Source of the DNA: Paramecium tetraurelia
Taxonomy: Eukaryota
Assembly: GCA_000165425.1 (NCBI GenBank)
Contig: CT868252.1
Span: forward strand, 434,001-498,000
DNA: 64,000 nt
Direction of reading: 5' to 3'
Shown: one piece after another, positions 27,192 to 41,000 of the stretch
Layout: each line of letters begins with the position of its first letter
Numbering within the stretch: the stretch's first letter is position 1
Notes under the pieces: model-generated
Seen by the model: only the letters and a program-made list of their open reading frames with translations
The model's database searches: none
What the model was told of the DNA's origin: nothing
Translations under genes and position numbers: made by a program

Positions 27192-28967
27192 ATGATTGAT
27201 AATCCATTTTAATTTGAGAAGGATCCTAAGAAGTTTACTAATTCTTTGGAATACGATAGAAATGCTATAGAGGAGGAGGATGATTAGAAATAGCAGACCA
27301 GATTAACTTAACTTTATATTGGTAAATCTGCAAGTAGATATGGATTATTGAGAAAGTTAGAAGAGTAGAGTAAATTTATTTTATCTAGCTTAAGCTGAGA
27401 AATTGGCAGTAGAGAGAGATCATGTGTTTTCTTAGGATTTCAAATCAAAAAGTTTTAATGTGAAGCCAGATCCGATTTCATGTCATTTGAAACAATTTAA
27501 TCCTAGGATGCTCGAAAAAAATTATTAAGATTCTTTATAGAAAGGTTATAAAATAAGGAGTATTTTGAGTGAGAAGAAAGAAACTCTTTAGGATTTTGTA
27601 GAAAAGAAAAGAGAGATTTGTTTAACAAATCTAAATATTTTAACAAAAAAAGAGGAGACAAATAGACTTGAGGATTTTATTAAGAATGAGTAGGAATCGT
27701 TGAGAGCTCGAAAGTTATACTTCAAAAACGATTGCGAATTGGTCAAGAGATTTATGAGTGAAGTTAAGTCTCAAGCAGATTAAGCTGCAATTTTAGCTGA
27801 CAAAGAGGTGAGAAGGAAGGAAGAGGTCAAAGTTGATGTTGCTAGAATATTGGCTTAAATTGATAGATTGAAGTTATAGAAAAGCAAGCTTTAAGATGAA
27901 TACGATAAACTAGATAAATATAGATAATTTTTGGAAAAAATCAAAGTAATGCACACATTACATTATTATAGCAACACTACAAAACCAAATTTGCAGATTT
28001 AGAAAAGGATATCACCTTACCATAAAGTACTTCTACTACGAAAAGAACTTTGTTTTTGACTGGGGTGAATGTTTTGGAATCTGAGACAAGATCAAAGGAA
28101 CAATTGGAGTAATTGCAATTTGAATATAAGCAGAATAAGATGGCTGATACAGTGATCGAGATTTTGGATGCAATTGAGGAGGGAAATCTAAGAAATATGC
28201 AGAATCAGAGGGATGCTGAAGAGGAAATGGAATAAAAGAAGAGAGAGGCTTAGCATCTAAGAGAGATATTGGCGATTCATCAGAAGGAAAATGAGTAGAG
28301 ATTCAAAGTGTTAGAGAAACAATACGTGATGCATTAACAATATCAGCAGGAATTGAAAAAATAAGAAAAAGTGGATTAAAATAAATTGGAGTTTGCAGAA
28401 GGAGAGAATCTAGATATGGATAAGATAGGAAAAAGAATAATAGAGATCTATACAGATGTTTCTAAGAAGGAGTAAGATCCGTTAATAAAAAAACTAGGGA
28501 TCGATTCAAAGATGCTTAAATTTACATTAAATGTATATGAATAAGTCTAATGATTAGTAACTCGAAAAGGTAGTCTTGGAACTGTCAGAATATAAGTTGC
28601 AATTCCTAATGAAATCTAAACAAGATTTTATGGATGCAGAAAAGAAGATCAATTTGAAGAAAAAGTAAATTTTATGAATTACCATTGTAGGGAATAGAGG
28701 CAGACGAATTAGAAGGATGAAGAGAAGAAGAAGCAGATAATTGAGCGAAGGAGAAAGAAGGAAGAATAGATGGCTAACTTTTATAGAGGGAGAAAGGATA
28801 TGAGACGGAACTATCCAGCTGAAAAAGTGGTGGTTGAATAGGTTGTGGAGGATAATGACGAGAATGATGATGAAAAGTACTTGCAAGAGAGTTATGAATT
28901 GGTTTATGTGCCATCATAGAAAGTTGATAATATTTCATCATAGTAATAATTATAATAATAATAATGA
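27192..28967 (+). CDS. CFAP100/CCDC37-like (DUF4200) axonemal coiled-coil protein
   Basis: NPF near the N-terminus; ETLQDFVEKKREICLTNLNILTKKEETNRLE, KYRQFLEKI, LFLTG, ILDAIEEGNL; C-terminal GRKDMRR..DDEKYL. Confidence 0.75.
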
Positions 28968-28970
28968 ACT

Positions 28971-29032
28971 AATGTATGGATATGATGGATTTGTTTCATA
29001 TAAACAAGCAATCCACCAAAGATTTATACATT
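28971..29032 (-). other. Intergenic stem-loop (imperfect inverted repeat), possible ncRNA or 3' UTR element
   Basis: aatgtat(28971-77)/atacatt(29026-32); gatggat-ttgttt(28984-96) loop catat aaacaa-gca-atccacc(29002-17). Confidence 0.35.
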
Positions 29033-29065
29033 CCTAATCCTATTCCATCAAATTAATAATCTAAA

Positions 29066-30511
29066 ATGCCTACTCGAAATGTCTCAGAAACTAACTTAAA
29101 CAATAATTAGAGTAGAAACAATACTATAACTATTCGTCAGAATTCATAAGCGAGTTCCAGGAAGCAAACCAAAGATAATGGCTATCATAGGATTGCTTAT
29201 CAATAGCAAATTAAGAAAAACCAAATTTCATTAAAAAGAAAAAGGTCCGTTTCATCAATTTCAAGTACTTCTTCTATGTAACAATCATTCATGAAAATGG
29301 AAGAGAAAATGAAGAAATTTAAATTGAATAATCCTGAAATAATAGATCAAAAATATATGATTTCTGGCTATTTAGAATTAAGCAAAGATTACAAGAACTT
29401 GGTCTTTACAATTAGAAAATATGGATAAGATTTGGACGCTTTGTTAAAATTCGGACAGAATGATATGAAGGAGGACAATATTTGCAAGGTGGATTAATTC
29501 TTTGAGAAGCATTCTGATTTGTTGTCAACTAAAGTAGACGATTATTTCAAAATTAAGGAAAGTTTTTATAGATTTTTGAGAATGAGGATCTAAGTATACT
29601 TAATTATGATTTTAGGAACCCTATTATTATAGAGTAAAGAAGAAATTACACTTGATTGAGAAGCAGAATCAAACCTTTTAAACTTTTCGAATATATTTAG
29701 ATGCATTTAAATTTATAAACAAAGACGGCTTTGAGTATTTCAAAGACGACATACAATTGATTAGGAGTTTCAAAAAACCTCCGACTCTAGAAAATATTGG
29801 TACACTTTTTAATGAGAAAATTGAATAATTAAGGGATTAGATTCTAAAAACACAAGAATTGACTGATGGGAAATTACTAAGTTAAATATTTGACCATAAA
29901 ATTGAATAAATTTAAAGATGGAAAGAACAAATTATCAAGTTGGCTTATTTTTAATACAGTTTCAACATTCATTATTTATTGAATACGAATTCAAAAACTA
30001 GGAAGTACATAAAAAGCAAAAAATTATATGAACAATTATTTTAGATTTTGGAGGAGACTGATTAATTTTTGATTGAAAATTATACAATTAATTAAATTTA
30101 TTCGGAGTAAATTGCTTAATTTAAGTGTGATTTGAGTGAAATTAAACAGCAAATTCTGGAATGGAATATCAAGTTGAGGGAGAATGAATTCTATAAGTAA
30201 GTTTTAAGTTTAGTAAAGCAAAACATTTATCTGAAATCAATTAATTAGCGATTGGAGACTATACTTTCAGTATGTTATTTTATAATATAAAAAAGATAAG
30301 ATCATCGGAAGAGTATGACTAAAGAATGGATGCAAAGGCAACGGACATGATAATAAAGGCAAAGATGCAATTGCAGAATATAGTTCCCACAATATAGCAG
30401 ATAAAATCATGTCAATAAATCAAGGATGATGAATACATTCAGAAGTAATTTAATAAATTTGTCTTAATGAAGGATTATTTTTAGAATTTAAAGAACGAGT
30501 TTGAAATTTGA
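29066..30511 (+). CDS. Hypothetical protein (NLS-like KRKR, helical)
   Basis: MPTRNVSETNLNNN start, open in code 6 with two tiny introns, ends KNEFEI-TGA. Confidence 0.7.
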
Positions 30512-30615
30512 ATTAATTATTTAATATAATTTTTATTTAATAAATGATGTCCATTGGGTAATTATGATAATCCCCTTGATTAATAAACAATCTTATCTCT
30601 GATATATATATTTAT

Positions 30616-32040
30616 TCAAAAATCATCATCAACATCCTTAATAATATCAGATTGAGCACGTCCTCCTTAAACTAAAATCCCTAGAGTATTACTTTACATG
30701 TTTGATATTTAACTTGATTGAGATTGTCGAATGCAGCATCTCCAAATAACAGAATCTAAGACTCCTCTAGACTGTGCTTGGTGTAGTCATTCAAAATATT
30801 CTAAATGAGTTCCCAATCGGGGCAAAGTTGTTTGGACAAGTTGGAGCAACTTTTACACCTTTAATTAAATTATATTTCATTGGTGCATTTACAGAATTCT
30901 TTAAACTAAATCTCAACATTCAAATCAGCAGGAAACCTGTCATCCTTCTGTAATTTCGAAGGATCCAAATCTTCATTCCTGAAAGCCAATTTGCTATTAA
31001 ATAGAAAATAAGTGTAACTTGTCTTCCACAAAGGCAGTATTGAAGGAAACTCGAAACATGGGTTCCACTTCAAATTGGCCTCATTATTGTATTTTATAAT
31101 ACCATTATGATTAAATTTAATCATTATGTCTCCAATAGCCAAAAAAGGTTTCCCAATATTAATCCTAATTAGTTCGATATCTTTTAAAAGCAAATCTTTG
31201 GCTTTCTTTTAATCTTTATACTAAATTTAGATCGAAGATACCTCCAATTTGTCAGTGTATTTCAAGGTCTTACACGAGTTTTCATAAGTGTAAATTTCTA
31301 AGAAAGGTTTGCATTGTTTGTCTTAGATGTCTGGGATCCCGTGTATCACTATAGAAGTCAAGTACTTGATAGGTGGGTGGATGTGTCTTTGGAACAGTAT
31401 TCTAATGATTAACTGATTAAAGGAACTTCTCAAAGTACTACACATATCTGATTTATGATGGCATAGTGATTCCCCCTCCCTTCAAGTGTTTCTACTTATC
31501 ATAGTAGAACAATGCTTCTTCGGCATTTGAAAAACGACCACTGTATAAGAGATAACAACAAATTGCAGTTCCAGTTCTTCCGATTCCATTAATGCAATGC
31601 ACAGCAACCACATTCGATAATTTGGCTTAGAATAGACTGTTAACATACATGACAGAAAATCATCAATGTGTTTACACAACATGAACAAATATCCCAAATT
31701 GGGCGCAGACTTCTCTTCCCATGGCTAATATGATAAGAGTCATCGCATACAAAAGTGTAAATTCTTCCTTTGAACTTGGTGTGGTCATATTGTATCCCAC
31801 TCAAATTATATATCTGATAATCATTGTGGTGTCGTTATTGCAAATATTGTGCAACCTAATGATAATTCTGTTGCTCCTTACATTGTCTATCTTATTGATG
31901 TAAGCTGGATTCCCATCCCCTGGAAATGACATAGCAAGAATCCTGGGACAAATATAGGTGATATCCAGAGAATCGGAAGTTATGGCATTCTAAGCAGGCT
32001 TTTTGTTTTTGTGATTTGTCTTATTGGATTTTATATTCAT
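30616..32040 (-). CDS. PTEN-like phosphatase (PTP/DSP + C2 domain), divergent active site
   Basis: LDITYICPRILAMSFP, YNLS, VAVHCINGIGRTGTAICCYLLY, GITMPSQIRYVQYF, GDIMIKF, DLDP..KDDRFPADLNVEI. Confidence 0.9.
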
Positions 32041-32232
32041 AATATTGTAAATAAAAACTTATGCTCTATTGTAAACATTCAAGTAAAAAGGATTAACAAT
32101 TAATGTCATCCGAGACCAATCCCTTAATCACTATCATTATTATTATTATTATTAAATTGAATATCATCATATTGCTACTCAATTGATGTCCAATAGAAAC
32201 TCATATTAGTGTATTTTTAATAAAAATTTAAT

Positions 32233-35200
32233 ATGCTTATTCTAATTTTCTTAAATTTTATAATAGGCATCTTGTGTGTGAATAGAAATGAGAGCAAAGT
32301 GATTTTGACTGATTTGTAATAGTTATGAATGAATGCTAGTTACAATAAGAATTCCCCAGTTTTTGTGATAGCTCCTTATTATGAATCATACACAATTGAT
32401 TTATTCAATTCTAAGGATGTCTTAGAAAACACTAGCTTTAATGATGTAAATTCCACAAACCAAAACTTGTCCTTCTAAATCACTCCTTTTATCGAAACCT
32501 CGTCGGAATCCATAGAGTAAGAAAGTGTTGATGCATCTTAGGCAAGCATTTTGCCCAGTCGATGAATGGGGACCCTTATACCAACCGGCTCGCTTCTACC
32601 TGAGTCAAACAGCAATAGATCTCCTCTTCTATAATTAAACCAAAGATAAAATAGTCTAAGTTTAAAACAAATTGCACAGAGATTTACCAAGTTTGAATGA
32701 GAATTTTAAAAATATTTCCTGCTATTCCATATTCCAACTAAGAAAGAACAATCAATTCGGATTGGATTGCAACATCAATAATAATGCTACCCTCCTTATC
32801 TTCGACCTAGTTTTCGATGAGAAAACGTAGATAATAGTCAATTTCACATACAACGACTACTATTATTATAGCTACGATGACGAGGACAACGAGAATTTCC
32901 TCAAGAAATGCCAATTCAGAAAAACCATCAATGTCAACATCATGGATGTGGCCAATGAGATAAAATTTGAATTCCTACAGTATTGTCCAAGTCTATTTAA
33001 TCAGAAGGCAATCACAAATGACTTCCTAATAATTTACCATGATAGATTGACTCGCCACAACAGAACTCTCAAATTGGATGCCTTCAAGGCCAACATCACT
33101 GATTTAAACTCCTGCAAGATGGATGACAATTCCATGATTGAATAGATCTTCATAAACTCCTTGATAAATGGATTTGATAACACCACATGGAATATTGGGT
33201 TTTTGTTCTAGTCATCACCGACTATTTGTAAATGCAACGTCCAGGAAGTGTATACATCCCATTACAACATCAAATGCAATAGTACTTTGATTGAGCGTAT
33301 TCACTTTGATATTTTATAGTTTATCAGCCAAACCAAATCAGAATGGTCCAAAATCTGAATGACGAGGTGGTCCTAGTCACTGGAACCAACATTGCTATTC
33401 TCGTTATCTACTTGGAAAGGTCGTATCAATCTGAAAACTTCTTTACCATCAGTTACAAGTAGATCTTTGAGCCTGGTTACTTGTTAGTTGACATGTCCAT
33501 CACCAGTCAATACTTGGCTGTGATTATGACTGACTCTCCCTTTGCTCAGCAGATATCCCCCTTCTATTCCAAACCCAACTTATACTGCACTAGACAGGCA
33601 TCCGGAGAAACCAAGAACATCTTGAAGATCTTTTACTTGAATGCCGAATACAAAACGGTGTATTATTAATCAGACACTTTCAATTAATTTCAGAGTTTCT
33701 TCTAGAGTCTCAATTAAATAGACTTCGGAAATTTCATCCTGTTGTATAACTTTTTTAATAAGAAACTCAATATCATTACCTTATTTGAGAAGTACACATA
33801 TCATTTAATATTTAGACAGTTGAACGTATCCTATTTATTGGGATAAGACAACCTAGCCTAAACCTACAATCAATAGATAGCACCGGTCATTGTAACTCAT
33901 CTTAATTATCTCATAGATTTCATTTAACATTTCAGGCGGATACTTTGTGTACGATTAATTCTAGGACACCTACCATTACAATGTAGTGACCTTTCCCAGA
34001 TACATCATTTTATGTTTCATCAAATTAGAAGATAGCAGTTTCCAATTGATTGCCCAAATACACAAGCTTGAATAGAAGGAGCAGCAGAGTCTAACATAAT
34101 GTCCTATCAGTAAGGACATATATGTATTCCAAGAAATCATAAACTCGATCGACCTGTTTGAAGGGGTAATTGTTTCATTGAGATTACGTAGATAATGGGG
34201 CCATTTTTAAACTTCAACTACGTTCCCAATTACAATATCAGTAGATTCTATCCCTACTATCAAAATCATAAGGCAGTTATTAAACAAAACCAGTTTTACG
34301 AAAAGCACAATCAGACAAGATCGGTTTTTAATGTGTTGAGTGCTGTGAATAAGAATGTGTTCATAACTTCAAACATTTTTGGGATTGTGGAGATCCTATT
34401 AACATACTCCGATATTGGCAAAGACCCATCACTAAAGAAATTAGACTCCGTAAAGGCAGTCATCTTCAACAAGACTTGTATCATAAATGCTAAGGAATAT
34501 GTAACAATTGTGTATTCATCCTATTTTTAGTAAAGTTTTGAGAAGCAATTCCCAATAGATATTGAAATACAGTAGTGCACAGAAGGAAGATACAGAGACC
34601 TGCAAAAATACTTGAATGAAGTCAATTACTACAAATAATTTGAATACTATGATATTGCAGTGTAGTATCAGGATTCGATGTAAGCATTTCATTATTGATC
34701 TCATTAGTATCGTTATATGCTAAAAGATATAGACCTTTGGAGGAAGTGAAAGGTGTCAGAACATCACAGACATGCAAAGACCCGGGGATATAATCAAATA
34801 ATTAGTTATTCTTTAGGGACCAATAAAAAATGAGAGAGTGTCCTACTTTTTTACTATTCTTTACAATTCCACCTTAACCAAATTGTACTTCTATGTTTTA
34901 GATGTTTTTGTAAGTCATAAATTCTGATATTGTAGTTGCCTAGTTAAGTAAATCCAGGTATCACATACCACAACTCCAGTCTTTACAACCTGTTAGATAC
35001 TCAAAATGTCATAGTTTCCTTCAGATACACTTACATTAATTAACAAACCTTGTTCATTTTGTTTTCTAGTTCTCAAATTGTAGTCTATACTCCAGGTCCA
35101 AGCAATTCGACGAGGGATGTTAAATTGTACAATTTTACCTCTACTTTGACGAATGTGGTGCTTAACATACCAGAATGTCAGAACAATAATTACTTAGGAT

Positions 35201-37979
35201 TTGAAATTACGAAATATTTCTAATCAAAGTTGGCAAAACAATACTTGATTGTTTATTGCTAGGAAAATGCTAATGGCAACTTTACACCTTATATTTTGTA
35301 GTACATAATTACTAATATCAATTAAATCAATTTTTGGAGAAGACTTCCACATTATGACACTATTTTGAGTAATCAAACCATTCTGATATCTGGTTTGATC
35401 TTGTATGTGCCTGTAATAACAAAGAGTGTGTACAATGATTATTTTCAAAATTACTACATTTACAATTTGGAAGACTACACTGCCAGATCTCTGGTTGAGA
35501 AGATTGAAATTGAGAAGAAGAAGAATGAATCAATTGTATATTCTACTACCATATCAATTATTAGATAACCTATCCGATAAGCAACTTAATGGATTCATTA
35601 ATTGCAGGATCCTCCATCAGTTTGACACTCATCATAACGGAGAAGAAGTTCGAAATCTATTATCTGAATTAGAAGGCAGAATTCATATTCCATCTGCAAT
35701 CCTAATTTATCCCTGTGTACAACAATTCCCCATTCGTGTTGGTAATCGGAGTCTTTTAACCTTAAAAGACTAAAACCATGTTCAGGTATGTCATAGAATA
35801 CTAATATAAGAAACTACACCTTAGTCTACAATTTCACTAGCACCCAGATTTCTTTTGCCTATGATTCTTCAGAAACCTACAAGGTGGTCATCAATCAGGA
35901 CTAGTACATCGAAGCAGGTGGTTTCTATCAGTACCTCTTCTTGGTGAATGTAAAAATACCGAATTGATTTTGATAGTAATCCATATTCAATGGTCCGATT
36001 GCCTCCTATAATCACTCCTCAAATTAGGAGAACTTGTCAATCATTCCATCGCCATATCTACAGATGAATAAATACCTGGGGAGTTACATGAATGAAGTAT
36101 CTGAGTTTGGAGAGATTACTCAAATCATAGATGTGGGAGATGAAATCTATGTAGGTTTGTTTAATCAAACCATTGATAATGGTAAGCTATTTACAGTAAT
36201 GTAGTCGATAATTACGATGAATTAATTATCGTGTTGACAGACTACTATGTGTTGTTCTATCAAAAACACTCCATCCCAGATGCCAATAGATCCTGCATTT
36301 ACTTTGATTACACTCAAGGGTAGCAAACGAGTAATTCCTCCTTTTGTTCAATAAGATTGATCCATTATCGCTAATTCAAACCATTCAATTCATTCTTGTT
36401 TTGCTAAATGCAGTTGAATGGAGTGAATGTCTTGATCATAGTGTGCCAATTAAAATACTTTCATAAATTAGCCGATAACTTTTCCTTCTAGAATAAAGAG
36501 AACATCTAATAGTATATCTACTTGGAGTATTTCTACACCAAATAGAACAATAGCATTACAATCCCAACATTTGCAACCAATAATCGGTAGTTTTGCTTTT
36601 GTTACTATAATGACTTATAGCCTTTCCTCTACAACAACCAAGTTTACTAGATGATCAGGACTGGATATTAACAATTGAATTCATATTTTGGAATCTATCA
36701 AATACTTCTTGCCGAAAATCAAACCATTCAATTTATTCAGTATAATTCCTATCCAAATCAAAACGATTCATAACCATTTTAATATTCCGAAGATTTCGCC
36801 TTGTCTGTAATTCAATAGGAATCGATCCAATAATTGTATTTAATAGTCTTACAGCCCAACAACATTTTTGTATAGGTGATTAATTTGACAGATGGTTTCC
36901 CTGCTTATGGGCCTGGTTAAAACCTGATCTTTTAAGATGATGAAGATTACGTAAGATTCGAAAAGGCTGTGTTCATTCAGGCCATCAATCATTTCCAACC
37001 TCATGTCGTCAATGAATCCCATATGACTCAGACTTTGTCAGTCGGAAACAACAATTAAATCTTCGAGATTGCTTTTGACGTTCAAACATTCCAAGCCAAA
37101 TTACAATACACTTTCTATTAATATTTGTTATGTCATCATAACTTTTTGTCTCGACCACAAATTGAGCTTTCCTATCAGAACGATACGGTGTTTTACATCG
37201 TAAGTCAGTGCTTATCCAACCAATTTGAGTATCAATCCGTCTAGGTGGAAATGACTTACCTCCTAAATGAGTTAAATACCAACATAGTTTATACATCGCT
37301 TTTCATAAGTATGATTTATAATAATTATTATTTAGGAAACTATAGTCGAAACTATTCAAGACCAGTGGAAATCTTGGAACCTTATTTGGTTAATCCATAA
37401 GAGTTGCATTTCCAAAAAATCCAATTGTATTAATCTGATGCCCAAGCCAATACCTCTAAGTCACACCTCTTAATCACCAATAGCACTTACTTCCTGATTG
37501 ATCTGATACTGTATGCTGAGAATGGCTATTACTTGTATTACCCGATACAATCTGCAAATGACGATAGAGTATGTGAATCTTCTCATTTATCCCATTAGGA
37601 TCATTCCGTGTACCTCAACATTACGGCATACAATTCCTACTCCAGTTGCTAGGCATAATTTGAAATTGGGTGGATTCAATAGGACAGCTAGGTGAATAGT
37701 CTGGCGTGGTTTTATACAATCTTATCTCTGTTGTTGCTGCTGATCTTGGTGGTGGTTATTGTGGCTGTCTATGGCTTCTGTGAGAAATAGAGTCAGATTG
37801 GGAAGAAGGACTAAAACCTGCCCTTGGAAAGGATCGGAGATGATGAGAGCGAATATGGGGTGGAGTTGCAGGGACCTGGTTACAATCAACTGATGTTGGG
37901 AGACGTATTCAAAGATCTATTGAGAAACAACAAATCGAAGAAGCAGACAGTCTCATATACTGATGAGTTGTCAGATTGA
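32233..37979 (+). CDS. Large secreted-pathway type-I membrane glycoprotein of unknown function
   Basis: Signal peptide MLILIFLNFIIGILC; many NxS/T sites; single C-terminal TM LAWFYTILSLLLLLILVVVIVAVYGFC; short acidic tail; many tiny introns. Internal exon structure not fully traced. Confidence 0.75.
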
Positions 37980-38024
37980 ATTAGTCGATAATTTAATATT
38001 TATTTATTTATTTTATATATATAT

Positions 38025-41000
38025 ATGGGTTGTGGATTGAAGAAGGAAAAGAAGGAAAGCAATACTGAGATTGCTTCCTTGAAACCCCTGATTAAATTCA
38101 AGATCATATTTTCGAATATCAAGATCAAGAATATTCCTCTTAAAAAAGCTAAGGTTCATTTTTCAATTGCAAATTAAGAATGTTTCTAAACTTAAATTTC
38201 GTATCAATAATCCTAACCCGCATTGGAGATAAACGTTTAGGTCGTTTCATGAAAGTGATTTGGAAACCTTGAAGTCAGAAATCTTCAAAATTGTATGCTA
38301 CTCTTATTTATTCAGAGTGTCTTCTGCGCTGAAAAAAATAGATGTTTTGCTTATGTTGTTTAAAATATGTGGGAAGTTGCAAACGGTCCCATTCATTATG
38401 ATTTGTTTCTCGAATCCACTCAGGCCAACTCCTCCAGAATCACTTTTGATTTGAGAATGGTGCAAATGACAACCCTCAAAATCCAAAGCAAACAAGTCAT
38501 GTGCGAACTCAAAGACCAATTGATGGAACAAGCCTACAATTTTCAACTCAAAGTCAGAGTACCACATTCATCATTATCATCAAGTCTCATCAAGTGGATT
38601 ACTACAGCGACTTCTCTCCCAACTACCTCAATCACTACCTGTACCGTTAATCCTCAATCAAACAATACGGATACATCGACTCCAAAGAGAAGCTGAGGAG
38701 TGAATCCGACGAGTTCCAATTGGTCAGAGACATCTTCGACTCCTCGTAAGATGAAAACATCCAGGCCGATCTCAAGAGTTGCTACTTGAAGAAGAATGGA
38801 CTCAAGAACGAGCAAGATTTGATCCTCAAAAAATCCAAATCCAACAACCAACTCAGCACGATGATCCATCTCTCGACCAATTAATCCCAAACCATCAAAT
38901 CTTTGAATTCCAGAAGACCCTACTCAACTATGGATTTGATCACCAAGAAGGATTTGCTCTGGGAATTCAAAGTACAAGAAAACAATCCCATCATATCCTT
39001 TGATATTTATGTTGATGAATTTTCCAGCTCCTCCTTTGAATTCATCCTCTGGGGAAGTTCAAAACCAAACGAAAAATCAGATAATGTAAGTGTAAGGAAA
39101 ATTGGAAATTCCATCATATCCCTTAACAAATTTTTCAGTTAAAATGTTAACGTCTTGGCTGAATTGGACAGAATATCCCTCCAAGAAGTGAGATTCACTG
39201 ATAAATTGTGGATCCATGGCTAATGTGTTGGGAGAGTCAAAGCAGAATTCATCATAACCAAGGATACCTTCATTAGACAGATGTTAGGAGGATTTCGAAC
39301 AGAAGAAGGCATTCATAGATCTTCCTTGCTCTACATCAAAAAGGATAAATATTCAGGACCCTAGAGTCCAAACATCTATCAAATCATACAAATTAATAAC
39401 GAAATAGATGAGTTGGCTGGGAAGTTGAATCAGAAGAGTCTTCAACACAGGGAGAGAGTCAAGATCAATAAGGCTATTAATCAGATTATTGAAAAGTTGA
39501 GTTCCTTAATTAAAAACCAGGAATTATACGAGAATCTTGAGGAAATGATAGCTGCTCAATTGGTCTTTGTGGATGTAACAAAGAATCTATTGGAAAGTGC
39601 TGATTTAATTGACGAAGACTTGAGAGATCAATATTATGATGTGCTTATCACTTTACTGAATAGAGACGAGTTCTTCATCAGCTACTTGGGTTTCGATAAG
39701 GACCTAAAGGAAACTTACCTCTTGAGGAACGATCAAAATTACGTATCTAAGAACAAGAAACTTATATAGCAACTAAATTAGAAAATTAGAATAGGATTGC
39801 ATTATTAGAATTTCTTACATCAGACTTTTGAGAAGGTGGCATAGAAACTCAATTAATAAGGCTAAAACGATAAAGAAGAATTGTTTGTGAACACATTTTT
39901 GGTCATTGCCTTTTTCAGGATCCCTTAGTTCTAGAACTTAGTTATTGACATCTTAAAGGAGGATCAACGTTCTTTGAACGAGGAATTCGAGAAAGACTTT
40001 GGAATATATTGTTTTGATAACACTTTTTCAGCTGAATGGGATAAGAACTTTTACGATTACCTGCAAAGTGATCCTCGGCATCAGGAACACAAGAAGCAGT
40101 TATAAGGTATACTTAATTCTATTGATTGGAAGAACATCATACTCACAAGTAGAGTGTTTTTGAAGTGGTTTTAATTAATGCTGAACCATTACAAGAAAGC
40201 AAAACATCCCTATGATATGAGTTTAACATGGTCAGGCTTTCCTGGCTATCTGATTTTGATTAAATACTTACTGTTGGAGATCAAATACTCAAATGAGTAT
40301 CCATATCCAGAGACTATTAAACATGCTTCATTGTGTATTTTGGAGAATGAGAACATGCTCAATTATTTGGTCATAGTGATATTTCACAAAACCAAATTGT
40401 ATGATGGAATAGCAGTGTTCTACACTCTGGATATGATCAACGATTGGTTCCACATAATCAAGAAATAAAATAAGAAGATTCCCACTGATTTCAACTATCA
40501 ATTCCTGATGAAGGGTCTGTTCATGATTTTTGATGGCCAACATGCCTCCTCAATCAGTAAGGCACTCCAATTGATATTCAATATATTTCCTTAGATGCCC
40601 ATTGAAATCTAGAAGGAAATCAGCGATCACATATTTGATAATTGTTTTTTCAAGTTTTTCATGTTTTGGAGCAAACTAGTTCGATTTGTGTTTCAACACT
40701 TCTTGATATACAGGATACAGCATCGTCTTCGTAATTACAGACAGGAGAGCATAAGAGACATCTACAAAGAATTCGAGTGTATAAAGTTGCAGAAGTAGAA
40801 GTACACGGTTGAGGAGAAGGCAAAGTTGTTGAATCATCTCATTTACATCAGATACTCTCAAATGATTGAGTTGGTGTTGAAGATCAAGAGGAAGATTGCA
40901 TAGCATAATCTACAACAGGAGAGCCAATTTCAATTGCAGTTGGAGGCTAAATCGTTGAAACTAAAGTTGATGAAGAAGAAGTAGCAATAAAAGAAATATC

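Noticed and set aside
28940..28967. (TAA)n runs here and in other genes as microsatellites
   Set aside because: They are poly-Gln codons in the ciliate code.
28971..29032. SECIS interpretation of the hairpin (ATGA..AAA..GA)
   Set aside because: The 3' GA is not adjacent to the upper helix, and I found no in-frame TGA in the upstream gene.
32316..32339. In-frame TGA near the start of the membrane protein gene (selenocysteine or readthrough?)
   Set aside because: It lies within a 24-nt GT..AG intron, the ordinary stop-containing 3n intron pattern.
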